A stretch of 64,000 nucleotides of DNA from the human T2T-CHM13v2.0 reference genome, Homo sapiens, in assembly GCF_009914755.1 (NCBI RefSeq), contig NC_060929.1. One strand, 5' to 3'. Positions 63,144 to 64,000 of this stretch are shown here, piece after piece. The position numbers were made by a program, and so were the translations under genes. Below the pieces are notes generated by a model. The model searched no databases and was not told where the DNA came from. It saw only the letters and a list, made by a program, of their open reading frames with translations. Within the stretch, counting starts at the first letter, position 1, and every line of letters begins with the position of its first letter.

Positions 63144-63622
63144 TGTAACCATAAAGCATTTACTGCCAATGTTCACAGCAAGTCAATACACTGAGACACC
63201 AGGTAGAGCAGAGAAAGAGGTTTAATCATAGGGCTACCAAACAAGGAAAGAGGAGGAAACTTCAAACATGTCGCCCCAGGGAGTTTAGGGCCAAGGATTT
63301 TAAAGGTTTTGGGGTGAACCAAAGGGTGGCAATCATTGATGAATCAGAATGCAGGGTGAAGTCAAGGGACAGAGAGATGAAGAAATTGCATTCTCCAGAT
63401 GATGGAGACCACCAGGATCAGTTCCTCTGTGGGGGTCTTCACTGGTTAGCATTTACTGTTCTGCTGGAATTTGTCACCAGAAAAACATCTTAATTCTTAA
63501 ACAAATGCCTTATAATTTTAACCTCAGAAATCCATCCTGTAGGAACAATGGGGATGCAAATGGTCAATATGTGACTTTTAGTTACAAGGAAGTGGACCAA
63601 AGTGCAGCCTGATTCATCTTTA
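63144..63622 (-). mobile_element. ERV1 LTR (MER31/MER67 group), interrupted by L1PA
   Basis: tgtaacc..actgcc..cacagcaagtcaatacactgagacacc..gcagagaaagaggtttaatc. Confidence 0.7.
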
Positions 63623-64000
63623 ATTTATTTTTAATTATACTTTACGTTCTAGGGTGCACGTGCACAACATGCAGGTTTGTTACATAGGTACACGTGTGCC
63701 AAGTTGGTTTGCTGCACCCATTAACTCGTCATTTACATTGTGCATTTCTCCTAATGCTATCCCTCCCCCAGCCCCTCATCCCCCAAATGGCCCCAGTGTG
63801 TGATGTTCACCGCTCTGTGTCCAGCTGTTCTCATTGTTCAATTCCCACCTATGAGTGAGAACAAGCGGTGTTTGGTTTTCTGTCTTGTGATAGTTTGCTG
63901 AGAATGATAGTTTCCAGCTTCATCTATGTCCCTGCAAAGAACATGAACTCATCCTTTTTTATGGCTGCATAGTATTCCATGGTGTATATGTGCCACATTT
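63623..64000 (-). mobile_element. L1PA5-7-like 3' end, running off the window
   Basis: ttatactttacgttctagggt..gcaggtttgttacataggt..ttggtttgctgcaccca..tctcctaatgctatccctcccc..cccacctatgagtgagaac. Confidence 0.95.

Overview
AT-rich, CpG-depleted primate (human-like) nuclear DNA that looks intergenic or deep-intronic. I can support no intact protein-coding gene, tRNA, rRNA, CRISPR array or CpG island, and the ORFs in the track lie inside repeats or are chance ORFs. Much of the window is interspersed repeat: Alu/FLAM, L1 and HAL1-like, MIR/L2, ERV1 solo LTRs (MER52, MER41B, MER31/67-like), a truncated ERV-L pol/dUTPase with MLT2 LTR, a full MST MaLR provirus, several MaLR solo LTRs, and hAT and Tc-mariner MITEs. 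Bases 1-21 kb are a densely nested retroelement pile; 21-62 kb has more unique sequence. The most noteworthy observations are a MER41B keeping both STAT GAS cores, three MADE1/Hsmar1-TIR relics, several local template-switch or duplication scars (234-bp tandem duplication, 34-bp exact ectopic copy, two fold-back insertions), a probable L1-associated deletion of an ERV-L 5' half, candidate minus-strand spliced non-coding exons at 53-61.5 kb, and a few enhancer-like motif clusters. Repeat subfamily names come from recalled consensus sequences, not a database search, and boundaries of old repeats are approximate. I found no convincing new biological system.
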